DNA from: Paraphysomonas bandaiensis
Taxonomy: Eukaryota; Protista; Chrysophyceae
Direction of reading: 5' to 3'
Assembly: GCA_965644295.1 (NCBI GenBank)
Contig: CBFFRP010000138.1
Location: forward strand, 62,001-126,000
Length of the DNA: 64,000 bases
A program made the position numbers and the translations under genes. The notes under the pieces were generated by a model. That model was given only the letters and a program-made list of their open reading frames with translations, had not been told where the DNA came from and did no database searches. Shown here piece after piece: positions 51,548 through 63,921 of this stretch. Positions within the stretch are counted from its first letter, which is position 1. Each line of letters begins with the position of its first letter.

Positions 51548-54500
51548 ATGGATAACGACAGTGAATCATCACTGTTTAACACTCATATAGAGATAATTAC
51601 ACATCAATTGAATGTATTAAGGAGTATGCGGTCATCTATGGAATGTACACACTGTAATAATGTTCCTGTATTACTTACACGTAGACTTGAAAACCGTATT
51701 GATAAATCACGTTTAATTGATGATTTTGAGATGGTATTATTGGGGATACTGGATGGGAGTGGTCAGATACAAGAGATGCATCGCTTGTCATTGTTTCTAT
51801 TACTTATGCATCGTGCGGTATGTATATATTGATATAAATATATGTGAATGATATATTATTGAATAGACTACAAATACGCATCGATTGTTATGTTTGCATG
51901 TTCTCAGACATCACACGACTGCAGAATGTCATACGGCTTTTATAAACAGTGGGGGTTTACTTGTCATTGCTGATTGGTTAAGTGTCGCTAACGCTAGCTC
52001 TAGCCGTTGTGGTTCTGTATTTATAGCAATATGCCGCACTCTAAGGATCTGCTGTGCGGACTATGTGCCCCCAAAGTTTCATATCATCATGAAGCAATTG
52101 ATCCGTTTGTATAAGTTTTACCAGAAGCAGGCCTGCGATGCAGAAGTGGATACTTCTGAAATTGCAGCAGGATTCAACGAGTTGACTACTCATTGGCAAT
52201 CTATTAAAGCCCCTGTTCGAGATACTGGGAAGTCTGACCAATCAGTCCAGATGAATGTAAATAATTCCGAGGTGGCAGACATCAAACCTGGTTACTCTGA
52301 TGTCAACCAATCGACAGAAACTGTACATCATCAGAGGTCGGAGAGTGTGGAGGTTGTGGAGGAGAATATTAAAGAGCCTGTTCGACCGACTAGTTCAATA
52401 ACCACGAAACTGACTATTGTGGAGAGTGAGCCCGCGCACTCGACTGAGGAACCGGTGCAGTCGACTGATGAGCCGGTGCAGTCGACTGATGAGTCCGCGC
52501 AGTTGACTGATGAGCCCACGCAGTCGACTGATGAGCCCATACAGCCGACTGCTGTAGAGTCCAGTCGTATAGTTGGGGATGAAAAGGATGAAGATCAGGT
52601 GAAGGGCGACAAATCTGTCTCGGATGAATTGACTCGAAAGGGCAATAATAGTATCTGCGTGCCTGCTCGAGTATTATCCACTCCCTCTGTCTACATGCGC
52701 AAAGTAGTGGAAAACACTTCTATTGAATCGCTAATTGCATTAAACAGCCCCAGAGGCACAAGGACTAGCACCCTTGGTATCATACCCATGCCCCAACGCC
52801 AACGGCCCCCTCCTGCCCGATCTGTCACTCCACCACCTGTTCGAAGTATCTTGAAACGCCCTTCAGCTGACGATTCCAGGAAAACCTCTGGACATAGAGT
52901 TGTTTTCGAGGAGGATGCCAATGGTAATGTCGTAGCAAAAACGTTGGTGTTCCAAGTGGACCACTGGATGGCAATGCGCAAGACATCCGACATAAAGAAA
53001 GAGGTTCATGAAAAGGTCTACAGAAATGTCGTTTGCAATTTTTATAAAACTTGACCCTATGTCGTGGTATAGACTTCTTTAAAAGCGCCAGCATTATCCC
53101 CGAGATGTGTTTGGTCTAGGTGTGTATGATGAAGCATTATCTTACGCCTGACGAAAGTATATGTATTGGGCAGGCCGGCATTGTTGAAGGAATCTGAAGA
53201 GCTCACGTGTAGTCATACCTCTGAGACTATTGCACAGCGTCGACGGATAATGCGTGTGGGGTGCGAGGCATTGTGAGTACCAGTATAGATTGTATTTTTG
53301 TGATAATAGGTTGGTAGATACGAGAGTGATGACAATATCCCCAGTGACCCCGAATACTCCTTTGATTCAGACGACGAACAGCATGCGAGTCCTACTATTG
53401 CTGTTGCACACATTGAGTGGCTTGTGGATAGCACTTGCGAAAGCAACATGAAGAAGGATGGTGCTGAAAGCGTAGGTGGCGCTCGTTGCCAAGGCAATCG
53501 AGAGTCTCCTCGCATTGATGTATTGGACCGTGCTACGAATGACTGTGAGTATTTTGAAACCTTCATGTTGGTTCAGCTGTAATAGTTGCAATATCAGCTA
53601 TTGTACTGGAGTCGCCAACCTCGCCAACCTCCCTTGGTATCAGTGAAGATAATGACAAGATCAGACCTAAAGTAAAATGTCGATACTTCAGTACGGCAAA
53701 GGGCTGCAGTGATGGGGACAAATGTAAGTTCCTCCATGAGAGCCCTCCGACAGAAGAATCTGAAAACCAACTGAGAGTGAAAGAAGTTCGCATGCGACTG
53801 GCCAATATCTTGAGAGATGCAGGACCCAATGGCTTGAAGTCTTCTGAGATTAGATCTAGGTAGTCCCTCTTCTCCATCTGTACTGTGATGTTGTTTAGTG
53901 ATTACTGAGTAGGTATTTTGAGCTCTATGGTGAAAATGTAGACACTAGAGACGCTAAAGGGTGTCGTGTTCCGCTCCGCGAACTCTTGATTAGCCATCCT
54001 GATATTAGCGGAGCTCGTGCTGAATCTGGCAGCAGCGTTCCCGCTGCTTTCACGCATAGTGCTACTTCTATCCAACCTACGGAAAGAATTGCTGCATCAG
54101 ATGAAAGAGGCCCTGCAGATAGCTATAATGTGTGCTATCGTTGTGTTGTGTGTGACATTGTCTTTAATATTAATGTTAGGCTAAATTGAAATCTCTCCGG
54201 GTCCAACTGGTGGGTATACTTAGAGAATCTGGGCGTCTAGGTATAAAAGGAAGTTTAATTCCAAAAAGGTACACTGTGTTTTTTTCTTGGAGTACTGTAA
54301 TAAATGCACCAGGTATCAAGATCTGTACGGCACGAAGTTGGACATTGTTGACAAGCATGGAAAAAAGCGTCAACTCAAAGACTTTCTTCTTTCGATAGAT
54401 GGAGTTGAGGTTGATGCTTCGTCGGGTGGAGATGTGACATTCAAACTCACTGACTGCCGCCCCCCCATAGCACCTCTAACAAGTAAGCGTCACGTTCAGA

Positions 54501-54859
54501 GTGTTGCCAAGGACGTGTCCAATACGCCGTGTATCGACCACTCACGACGAGAGTCTGGCTGCCGTAGAGGAAGCTTGTGTGGATTTCGCCATGATGATTC
54601 CCAGAGAGAGAACATGTTGCGTAGATCGGAGCGTGATCGTAGTAGCGATAGACAACGAACAGAGAGAGATAGCAGTGGAGTTCTTCACAACGATAGACGG
54701 AAGCGCAGTCGGAACAGAAGCCACAGCCCGAGTGACAGTCGCTCAGTGAGGCGAAAAGAGGATCGAAGCTCCGCGCGTGTCCTTTGCAAGTACTTTAATC
54801 CAAGAACGGGCTCTGGATGTAAATACGGGGATTCCTGTCGATATCTTCATCCGATATAG
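51548..54859 (+). CDS. PNUTS/PPP1R10-like PP1-interacting protein with CCCH zinc fingers and putative LOTUS (OST-HTH) domains, multi-exon
   Basis: TFIIS-N-like GGLLVIADWL segment. RSILKR..GHRVVF..TLVF (SILK, RVxF and phi-phi PP1 docking motifs). CCCH fingers CRYFSTAKGCSDGDKCKFLH, CRRGSLCGFRH and CKYFNPRTGSGCKYGDSCRYLH. Two Y..LYG..L...LR/K.LL segments and an RS-rich region. Confidence 0.7.
52426..52550 (+). repeat. 21-bp coding tandem repeat (STDEPVQ-like, about 6 copies)
   Basis: GTCGACTGATGAGCCGGTGCA-type units inside the large exon. Confidence 0.85.
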
Positions 54860-56059
54860 CTGACATGATATCCGTAATGTATTTAAGGTTTATATTTTAG
54901 TGCAGGTTTTAGGTCGTTGTTATTCGAAACCTTTGTATTTTTCGTAACTCAAACGTTGTGTGAGATTTTGTTGTTCCTCACTGCCAAATAAAATCCTCTA
55001 TATATATGTAGCTGCATGAAGTACTACATCGTACACTGTTGAGTTTTGCTCAATATTGAACCATTAAAGGCTATATTTAGTAAGCAGTAGGCAATCTTTG
55101 TTTTGTAGCGCTGTGATTTTCGTGATCATGTGATCTTAATAAACATAAGCATATTAACTGATCAATACATACATGAATATATAAAAGAAAAAACACAGCA
55201 AGAATAATGTTAACCTTAAATGCTATTTCTTTTTTACTGAAAGTATTGTCTTCAATTCGATGTGAGTACCATACATTGGAAAAATATAATAATATTAAAC
55301 ATTATATAGAAAAGTGTAATATAAGTGCATATTTGAAAACAACATTGAGTCATGGTAGTCGATGTGTTTTTAAGTATTTAAAAATCATTAAATTGAGAGT
55401 AGAGCAATCAAAATTTTATATGTATGTAGAGTAGACAACTGATGTGTGAACTAGAGAAGCAATCGAACTTAATTATATATATCTTATATTTATAAATAAT
55501 AATTAATGCGAGACACAGAAAGACCATCTACACACACACAAGTACGGTGATCGTATGCATATGCACGCGCAGAGTACGTATACACGCAACATCGTACCTA
55601 TATACAGTGTAATCGTACGTATGCTCGGTATACAGTATACAGTGGAATGAGAAGGATCTCATACTCTAACTTTAAGAAACAATGATTAAATATTAGACAC
55701 AATTCACGAAGTTTTTAAAACAGCTGCAGAAAGAGTTGAACACTATCCGGATAGTATTATGTATTTAACACATTTTCATAATTTTTATATGATCACATTG
55801 CAAAACGTTATAATATAATATATATTAATATTATTTATTTATTAAGTACTAACTATATAGAATTACCTCGACAACAGTGTAAAATGGTATCCTCCCAAAT
55901 GATATAGAATTGTAGAAATCCTTAGGATAAAGGTACGGTAGTATATTGGTAGTGGCAGTAGTACAAGATTACACCTAATTGTCCATTCTAACACCTAACA
56001 CAATAATAGTGGTCTGTGTTAAGTGTTAAGATTTGCACTGCACACTGAAGTAGCCGTTA

Positions 56060-56680
56060 AGATTCAAATTTAGTAATCCTACTGCCACATATCCAGCTCA
56101 CTGCCCGAACATCAGTTCCACGTCCTCGAAAAATCCGTAACCTCTATCCTCCTTCCCCTATATGATGGAGGGCTCCGCATGCTTAGAAACAGAGGTCTCA
56201 GACATCACAATACCGACACGGCACCAGTAAAGCCGATAACGACCCCCCCACACTCACAGCAACGCCAGGCACAGGATATTCACCCGACACCAAAAATACT
56301 CCAACTACTCCAAGCGACATCCACCCCAAGAACTCTATCCTCTGCAAGAGTCCGAACCCGACAGAGACAAGCGCAACCACTCCGGAAACAACTCCTCCTT
56401 ACCTGTGGCGGAAATCCCACCTCGACAACCAGCACCATCTCCACCACCGACTTACACTCTCACATACACCTATAGCCCCAACCATCCCCCGTAAAACCCA
56501 TGCCAGACACATTGCCCAAAGGCAGACCCCCCGACTAACCTCACTACAAGGGACGCTTGCACCATGGTGCTCGCAGCGATGCACAAGCAGTCCCGAGACG
56601 GTTGCCCGCCACTAGTCGTATATAGCAAGTCCAGTTATTAGTTAGTTTATATTAGTTAGTTAATCTAGTTTCTGTACACA
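56060..56680 (+). mobile_element. Putative non-LTR retroelement 3' relic
   Basis: C/A-rich, GC-elevated island ending in a variant of the shared GCACC(A/T)TGGTGCT..GCACAAGCAG motif, followed by a TTAG-like tail. No recognisable protein domain. Confidence 0.35.
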
Positions 56681-57203
56681 ACCGTTCTCATGTAATAATC
56701 AGATATTCTCAAAGTAATCCTACTTGCAGTACGTAATACTCACAACACGTACATATACCGTAGTTAGACCAAATATTGAGTAAAGCAAACTGAAAGTAAT
56801 TATAATCGTGAGTTTAAGTCTAATCAATATGTCAAAATCTAAATGTTCTTGTTCAACAGACAATAACTTTCTTAATTGATATGAAACCATTGCACTAGGA
56901 CATAATTCTCTGCTTACTTCTCAGATACGGCCACACCGGGTAGTGCACGACACAAGTGAACAGGGAACTATTGACTATACCAACAATACAAGGAGAAAAG
57001 TTCACAATAGCAATGTTGTCATTATTAATTGTGTATCAAAACTGCAATAAAAGATCACACACTAGTGACTACCATCTGAAACATCGTATCAGAATTTTCG
57101 ATGCTTGAAGTGCTTAATCATATCATGTCATTATCGGGCACTACATTATACCTGTTAACTACATTAGACTAGGCACCGAGATAGATAGCAGGATAACAGT
57201 GTA

Positions 57204-57983
57204 TTAATCTTGCTTGACATTGGAGTTGGCGTTGCCTGCAACAAACACACATACGAAAAATTAAAGCAGGAGGAGTATTACATATTTGCTTCTAAGTTGA
57301 CTACACCAAATTGACACATTTTGACACTAATCCAACACAGGACTGTGGAGAGCATGACATCATTGTAGAGTCAGGTCTTACCGTTGATTCCAAGGGCGGG
57401 AACAACATGTTCTTTAATGATAGCATCATACAAGACAGTCGCGCCCTACAAAACAGATGCAATACACGTCACATACCGCATTTAAATTTGCTGCAATATA
57501 CTTACATTAAAAGACGGGTGGTAGCACCAAATAAGGAAAGCAATCTTCAAGAGGAAGTAGAATGGGACATTCCGAATAATGATATCAGCCACAGACTCCA
57601 CAATCTAAACGAAACAACGTTGAGAAACATTAAATATTGACCAGATAGTTGCGAATGTGTACCTTGAATTGAGTGAAAATGATCCAGTAAGTCAGCCACT
57701 GTTTGTCATCATTAGCATCTGGGCTCTCAATAGCCTTAAGAGAGGCATAAAGAGGATACACGAAACCAACAATATCTCTATAAAACATCACATAATGACT
57801 CATGTATATGAATATACTCATCTACTCACATTATCAGACTGACTCCGACTGCTAAAAATACGAGTAACCTACATACATATATATAACTCTAGGTAATCAA
57901 ATGACACTATGTATGTACCCTATGATCGCAAGAGCACCAACGAATATATATTCCTTATCAATTTTCGTCTTCTCAGATGCCAT
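57204..57983 (-). CDS. REEP/Yop1/HVA22 (TB2/DP1) family ER-shaping protein, multi-exon
   Basis: DIVGFVYPLYASLKAIESPDANDDKQWLTYWIIF..ECPILLPLED/PFYFLLKIAFLIWCYHP..GATVLYDAIIKEHV. Start MASEKTK, end NVKQD*. Confidence 0.9.
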
Positions 57984-58590
57984 TTCAAGGTATTTATTAA
58001 ATGGATACTTCTCAATAAAGACTGTTAATTTTTTCTATAATAATGAATATATTTCTATAAATTTTAATGATATTCATGTAAAGTATTACCTTGTACACTT
58101 CAATATCAAATCCCATGGTTGAAATATATCTGGATGATGTAATCTATTTGATTGTTATGGTTAAGTGATTCTATATGGAATTTTACATAGAGATCATAGT
58201 CGAATATATTCGAGATCCTCTTATCATATAGAAAAACACGTTAAGAAATAATCATGTAAGGTCATCTTACTATAGACATCTATCCACACATATGGTTAGA
58301 TGGTTAGTCTACACATTTTTCCTATAGGAAAAAACTAAGAAAATCAGAAGAAGCCTTCTTCACCTCAAGTTGTGTTCTTCAGATCTTTAAAGGTCACACC
58401 TTTTTCAGTGATGGTTTGGTCACCAATACTACGAATAATATCTTGATATCACATTTTTTTAGGGGTTTAGTTCATTAATAGTGGCTTTTTTGACCAGATT
58501 GATGAAAGTCAGTATAACGCAGTATTTGGGAGGGCAGGTGTGTTGATGTATCCTCATATACGATTCGTAGTATAGTTCTACTCAGAGTGT

Positions 58591-59838
58591 ATGGATGTCA
58601 ATCTGTATATGAGCCTCACACACCCTCAGCGTATTATCAGTGTTGACATGTCGAGTGTATCTGATCTTAATGATGATGTTCTTCGTCTGATCATCTCTAT
58701 GATCCCACCCTCAGCTCTCCTTCCTGTGATGATGACTTGTAAGAGACTTCACGATATGGCTGATAGCACGAGAGACAAGAGCAGAGAGAGACTTGAGTCA
58801 CGTGCATCTCACTACTGTATGACCAACTCAATGGTCTCATGGGCTCTGTCTATGGGCTGCCCACACCTCAAACTAATGAATACATGTGCACTATACGGCA
58901 GAATACAGCAGATGGAATTCCTCATAAGGCATCGTACACATACAGAGGACCCAACACACATATGGGATACAAAGGCATACAATATGGCTGCAAGGGTTAG
59001 ACACTTGGATGTGCTGAGGTGGCTTCGTTCACAGCACCGTCCATGTCCATGGGGTGCAGACACTTGCTGGAATGCTGCTAGGGGCGGACACTTGGATGTG
59101 CTGAAGTGGCTTCGTTCACAGGACCCTCCTTGTCCATGGGATGCACGGACTTGTGATATGGCTGCTTTCGGTGGGCACCTGGATATTCTGAAGTGGCTTC
59201 GTTCACAGGACCCTCCTTGTCCATGGGATTCACGGACTTGCTGCGAAGCTGCTAGGGGTGGACACTTGGATATTCTGAAGTGGCTTCGTTCACAGGACCC
59301 TCCTTGTCTATGGGATGCACAGACTCGTGGTGTGGCAGCTATCGGAGGACATTCTGATATTCTTAAGTGGCTTCGTGTACAGGACCCTCCATGTCCATGG
59401 AATACATTAACTTGTTGTATGGCTGCTATGGGAGGACACTTGGATGTGCTGAAGTGGCTTCGTTCACAGGACCCTCCATGTCCATGGGATGCAGACGCTT
59501 GCCGCGAAGCTGCCTTGGCTGGTCACTTGGATGTTCTGAAGTGGCTTCGTGCACAGGACCCTCCATGTCCATGGGATGAAGAAACTTGTGATATGGCTAC
59601 TTTGGGTGGACACTTGGATGTTCTGAAGTGGCTTCGTGCACAGGACCCTCCATGTCCATGGGATACACGGATTTGTGATATGGCTGCTTGGGGAGGACAC
59701 TTGGAGGTTTTAAAATGGCTTCGTTCACAGGACCCTCCATGTCCATGGGATGAAGAGACTTGTAATATGGCTGCTATGGGTGGACACTGGGATGTTCTGA
59801 AGTGGCTTCGTTCACAGGACCCTCAATGTCGAATGTAG
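58591..59838 (+). CDS. F-box + 29-aa ankyrin-like repeat protein, copy B (10 repeats)
   Basis: N-terminus nearly identical to copy A, with a different order and content of repeats. Intact ORF. The real start may be the ATG at 58648. Confidence 0.85.
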   Translation: MDVNLYMSLTHPQRIISVDMSSVSDLNDDVLRLIISMIPPSALLPVMMTCKRLHDMADSTRDKSRERLESRASHYCMTNSMVSWALSMGCPHLKLMNTCALYGRIQQMEFLIRHRTHTEDPTHIWDTKAYNMAARVRHLDVLRWLRSQHRPCPWGADTCWNAARGGHLDVLKWLRSQDPPCPWDARTCDMAAFGGHLDILKWLRSQDPPCPWDSRTCCEAARGGHLDILKWLRSQDPPCLWDAQTRGVAAIGGHSDILKWLRVQDPPCPWNTLTCCMAAMGGHLDVLKWLRSQDPPCPWDADACREAALAGHLDVLKWLRAQDPPCPWDEETCDMATLGGHLDVLKWLRAQDPPCPWDTRICDMAAWGGHLEVLKWLRSQDPPCPWDEETCNMAAMGGHWDVLKWLRSQDPQCRM

Positions 59839-60438
59839 AAGCTTGTAATATGGTTACTAGGGGAGGTACATTCGCAACAGTAAGAAGGGTTAGGGTCATG
59901 TCGTGGGCTTGACACAAACAAAACCACTTGCATCGATTGCGGCTACCAGCTAGATTCTCTCACACATATATATGGTACTTGACTGTACTCACGATTCTAT
60001 TGCACAAGAAAGGCTTCAAGCCTTACGGGGCGAGACACTACTGCCTTGGATCACCCCAGTACTAAATACTCTCTCCAGTAAAAGCGTGGGACTCACCCCT
60101 CCCTCAGATTGAAAGATTCTGGACAAGCATCAAAACTCGAAGCAGTCTGGCTCATATCCACCTCAGCCTGACCTGCACACATCATTCTGTTGGTCTAAAT
60201 ACCCCATATTTCCAATTTCTTAGAGATTTAGATCACTAAAAGCGGCTTTTTTGACCACTTTCTAATCAAAGTCAATACTGCACTTCTGTGCGTGTATTTT
60301 TTGTCCCCACCTGCCATCAAGTACACATAGACCGTATATGATGACATGCATCATACTGCTGTAGTATGTCCAGGGAGGGCAGTGTGTTGATGTATCCTCA
60401 TATACGATTCGTAGTATAGTTCTACTCAGAGTGTATGT

Positions 60439-61520
60439 ATGTCAATCTTGTATATGAGCCTCACACACCCTCAGCGTATTATCAGTGTTGACATGTCGAG
60501 TGTATCTGATCTTAATGATGATGTTCTTCGTCTGATCATCTCTATGATCCCACCCTCAGCTCTCCTTCCTGTGATGATGACTTGTAAGAGACTTCACGAT
60601 ATGGCTGATAGCACGAGAGACAAGAGCAGAGAGAGACTTGAGTCACGTGCATCTCACTACTGTATGACCAACTCAATGGTCTCATGGGCTCTGTCTATGG
60701 GCTGCCCACACATGCTTATAATGAATGGATGCGCACTATATGGCAGAATACAGCAGATAGAATTCCTCATAAGGCATCGTGCACATATACAGAGGACCCA
60801 ACACACATATGGGATACAAAGACATACAATATGGCTGCTCTGGGTGGACACTTGGATGTGTTGAAGTGGCTTCGTTCACATGACCCTCCATGTCCATGGG
60901 ATGCACGGACTTGTGATATGGCTGCTTGGGGAGGACACTTGGGTGTGCTCAGGTGGCTTCGTTCACAGGACCCTCCATGTCCATGGGATTCTTAACTTGC
61001 CGCGAAGCTGCTATGGGCGGACACTTTGATGTTCTGAAGTGGCTTCGTTTACAGGACCCTCTATGTCCATGGGATGCACGGATTTGCGATATGGCTGCTC
61101 TGGGTGGGCATCTGGATGTTCTGTAGTGGCTTCGTTCACAGGACCCTCCATGTCCATGGGGTGAACGGATTTGTGATATGGCTGCTATGGGTGGACACTT
61201 GGATTTTCTGAAGTGGCTTCGTTCACAGGACCCTCCATGTCCATGGGATGCATGGACTATGGCTGCTATGGGTGGACACTTGGATATTCTGAAGTGGCTT
61301 CGTTCACAGGACCCTCCATGTCCATGGGATACATGGACTTATGATTATGGCTGGTAGTAGTGGACACTTGTATGTGCTGAACTTGCTTCATTCACAGGAC
61401 CCTCGTTGTTCATGGAATACAGAAACTTGCCGCGAAGCTGCTATGGGTGGACACTTTGGTGTTCGTTTGGATGTTCTAAAGTGGCTTCGTTCACAAGATC
61501 CTCAATGTCGAATATAGAAA
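60439..61520 (+). pseudogene. F-box + ankyrin-like repeat gene, copy C (frameshifted)
   Basis: +2 frameshift near 60790, -1 frameshift near 60992, in-frame TAG at 61124 and further indels. Confidence 0.85.
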
Positions 61521-61979
61521 ATTCAAACATGGTTGCTAGGGGAGGTTTATTCACAACGGGAGGAGGGAGATTCTTCGAATCTGTAGTGGTACACACTGGT
61601 AGTATAAGCTGGTCACATCTACTGGCTGCACCCCTATTATACCTTGTAGTATTTTTTATACATTGGTAGTTTAAACAGGTCGCATCTACTGTCTGCACTC
61701 CTATTTATACTATAGTGTTTATAATATACTTAGGTATACTCTAAGATTTAGTTTTACGTTTTAGTATCACAATATACCTCATTCTTTCCCTTAGAAGTAC
61801 GATAGATACAAATACTGTATAGTAACAAAGACTGGCGATTGTTAACACCAAATTATGGCGAACCCCGGTATGATAACCTTGGTAACGGCTCGCTATGCAT
61901 CAACAGGTTGTATCACGAATAGCACACAACACACAAGTTAGAGACAGTGTATTATTAGTATTATTGTTTAGTCTAAAAG

Positions 61980-62979
61980 ATAAGGTTTTATTGCGGCCCG
62001 CAAGGGCCCTCGGCCCTCTAAAATTAATTTTTTTTCAGTTTTAGCCTCCTGAAGATTTTGATTTGTTATATTATTTCAGTTATTGTCTAAAGATTTCGAG
62101 TTTTGAAAAAAGAAATGTGATTGGTTTTTAATTTTGACTTTTTGAAAACTTAGTACAAATTCATTAATAATTTTGTCATCAAGCAGGCGATTAATAATGC
62201 ATGATTCTAATTCAGAAGAATCAGGGAGAAAAGATAGTTGTAATAGCGATGATCTCCCTACAACTTTTCAGCGGGAAGGTTTCAGATACACTATCAAGCA
62301 GAGGAAGAGGCTTCAAGATGGTTCGGTATAATACATTCTCTATCAGTAAGCCACTGATCCTTATATTTAGGAAATTTGAAGGGTTATTATCGGTGCTCAA
62401 AGCACCGGAAAGGAAGAACATGTGGCTGTCCAGCTAAATTGACAATTCTTGTTAACGAGCAAGCAGAAGAATCTGATGAAAAACTGATAATTTCAAAGAG
62501 GAAAGAGGAGCACAAATGTGGTGCCGCCACCTTTATATTGCCTTCAGATTCACCAACATCTGATGATAATTCCAAGGAGAGGTCGTCGTTTTGTAAAGAT
62601 GTATATGACACAAGTGGTGAAATGAAACAACTAATCGAATAGTTGTGAAGCAATGGCGTTGAAAGATGTTTCGAAGTCCTCCATTGCGATTGCAAATGAA
62701 GTTGCGGAAACAACGCGAGCGAAATATAAGCAGCTCGGTGAGAAAATTGATATCTTTATTTTTGCTGTTTTCACTTCATTTTCTTTTGCTTATTTCGGTA
62801 GGAATGCCATATAGATATCTCGAAACGTCAAAACACAAAGCTTTGGTGCATCAGTGTAGACGTTTAGAGTTCAATGCTTGTAGTTGTAGTGTGTGTTGTG
62901 CGTGTTTTTAATTAAGAATTATTGTTATTATTGTTAGTTGTAGTAGAGGGCCAAATGCGGGCCAAAATTAAATTTTTCC
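61980..62979 (+). mobile_element. Non-autonomous Mutator-like element (MULE) with transposase zinc-finger remnant
   Basis: 9-bp TSD GTCTAAAAG (61971-61979 and 62980-62988). Empty site in the paralogous segment at about 44870. Imperfect TIRs with GGCCCGCA..GGCCCTCTA. ORF GYYRCSKH...CGCPAKL...EEHKC is a WRKY/FLYWCH/FAR1-type finger. Confidence 0.88.
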
Positions 62980-63921
62980 GTCTAAAAGCATCAACCTGAT
63001 TCTCAGTTTATAATTCTCGCCAAGAAGTACCGCGTATACAACCAGATCGCTAGCACCGATGTTACTATATATAATATATCTAACTTATAATCTCAGCATA
63101 GAGTGATAATCTTGTTCAGTTATGTAGTTATGTCATATTCTAACATAGTTGGCTCAGCTTCCATTTTTAATGCAATATAGACGTCAGCAAAATATAGTAG
63201 AAACAAATGGTTACATTTTAGTTTAGTAGGAATGTCGGTTAAATTTAGTAGGGACAAATACACTACCGTTCAAGAATATGCCACAGCCATCTGATACTGA
63301 ATATGATTTGAAGCTGTGGTACCCAGTCCTCTCACAGTTAGGGTCATGTCGTGGGCTTGACACAAACAAAACCACTTGCATCGATTGCGGCTACCAGCTA
63401 GATTCTCTCACACATATATATGGTACTTGACTGTACTCACGATTCTATTGCACAAGAAAGGCTTCAAGCCTTACGGGGCGAGACACTACTGCCTTGGATC
63501 ACCCCAGTACTAAAGACTCCCTCCAGTAAAAGCGTGGGACTCACCCCTCCCTCAGATTGAAAGATTCTGGACAGGCATCAAAACTCGAAGCAGTCTGGCT
63601 CATATCCACCTCAGCCTGACCTGCACACATCATTCTGTTGGTCTAAATACCCCATATTTCCAATTTCTTAGAGATTTAGACCATTAAAAGCGGCTTTTTT
63701 GACCACTTTCCAACCAAAGTCAATACTGTGTACTTCTGTCGTGTATTTTTTGTACCCACCTGCCATCAAGTACACTGTAGGTACATACATACGCATAGAC
63801 CGTATATGGTGACATGCAATCATACTGCTGTATGTTCAGGAGGGCAGTGTGTTGATGTATCCTCATATACGATTCGTAGTGTAGTTCTAGTCAGAGTGTA
63901 TGTATGTCAATCTGGTAGTGC

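Noticed and set aside
50883-51572. Long ORFs of YIHT / MYVC repeats
   Set aside because: These are translations of the (ATAC)n microsatellite. The real gene most likely starts at the ATG at 51548.
45702-61520. CRISPR-like or DGR-like interpretation of the constant/variable 87-bp periodicity
   Set aside because: The units are in-frame coding repeats with homologous variable parts. There are no cas or reverse transcriptase genes in the window, and I saw no template repeat or adenine-specific mutation pattern.
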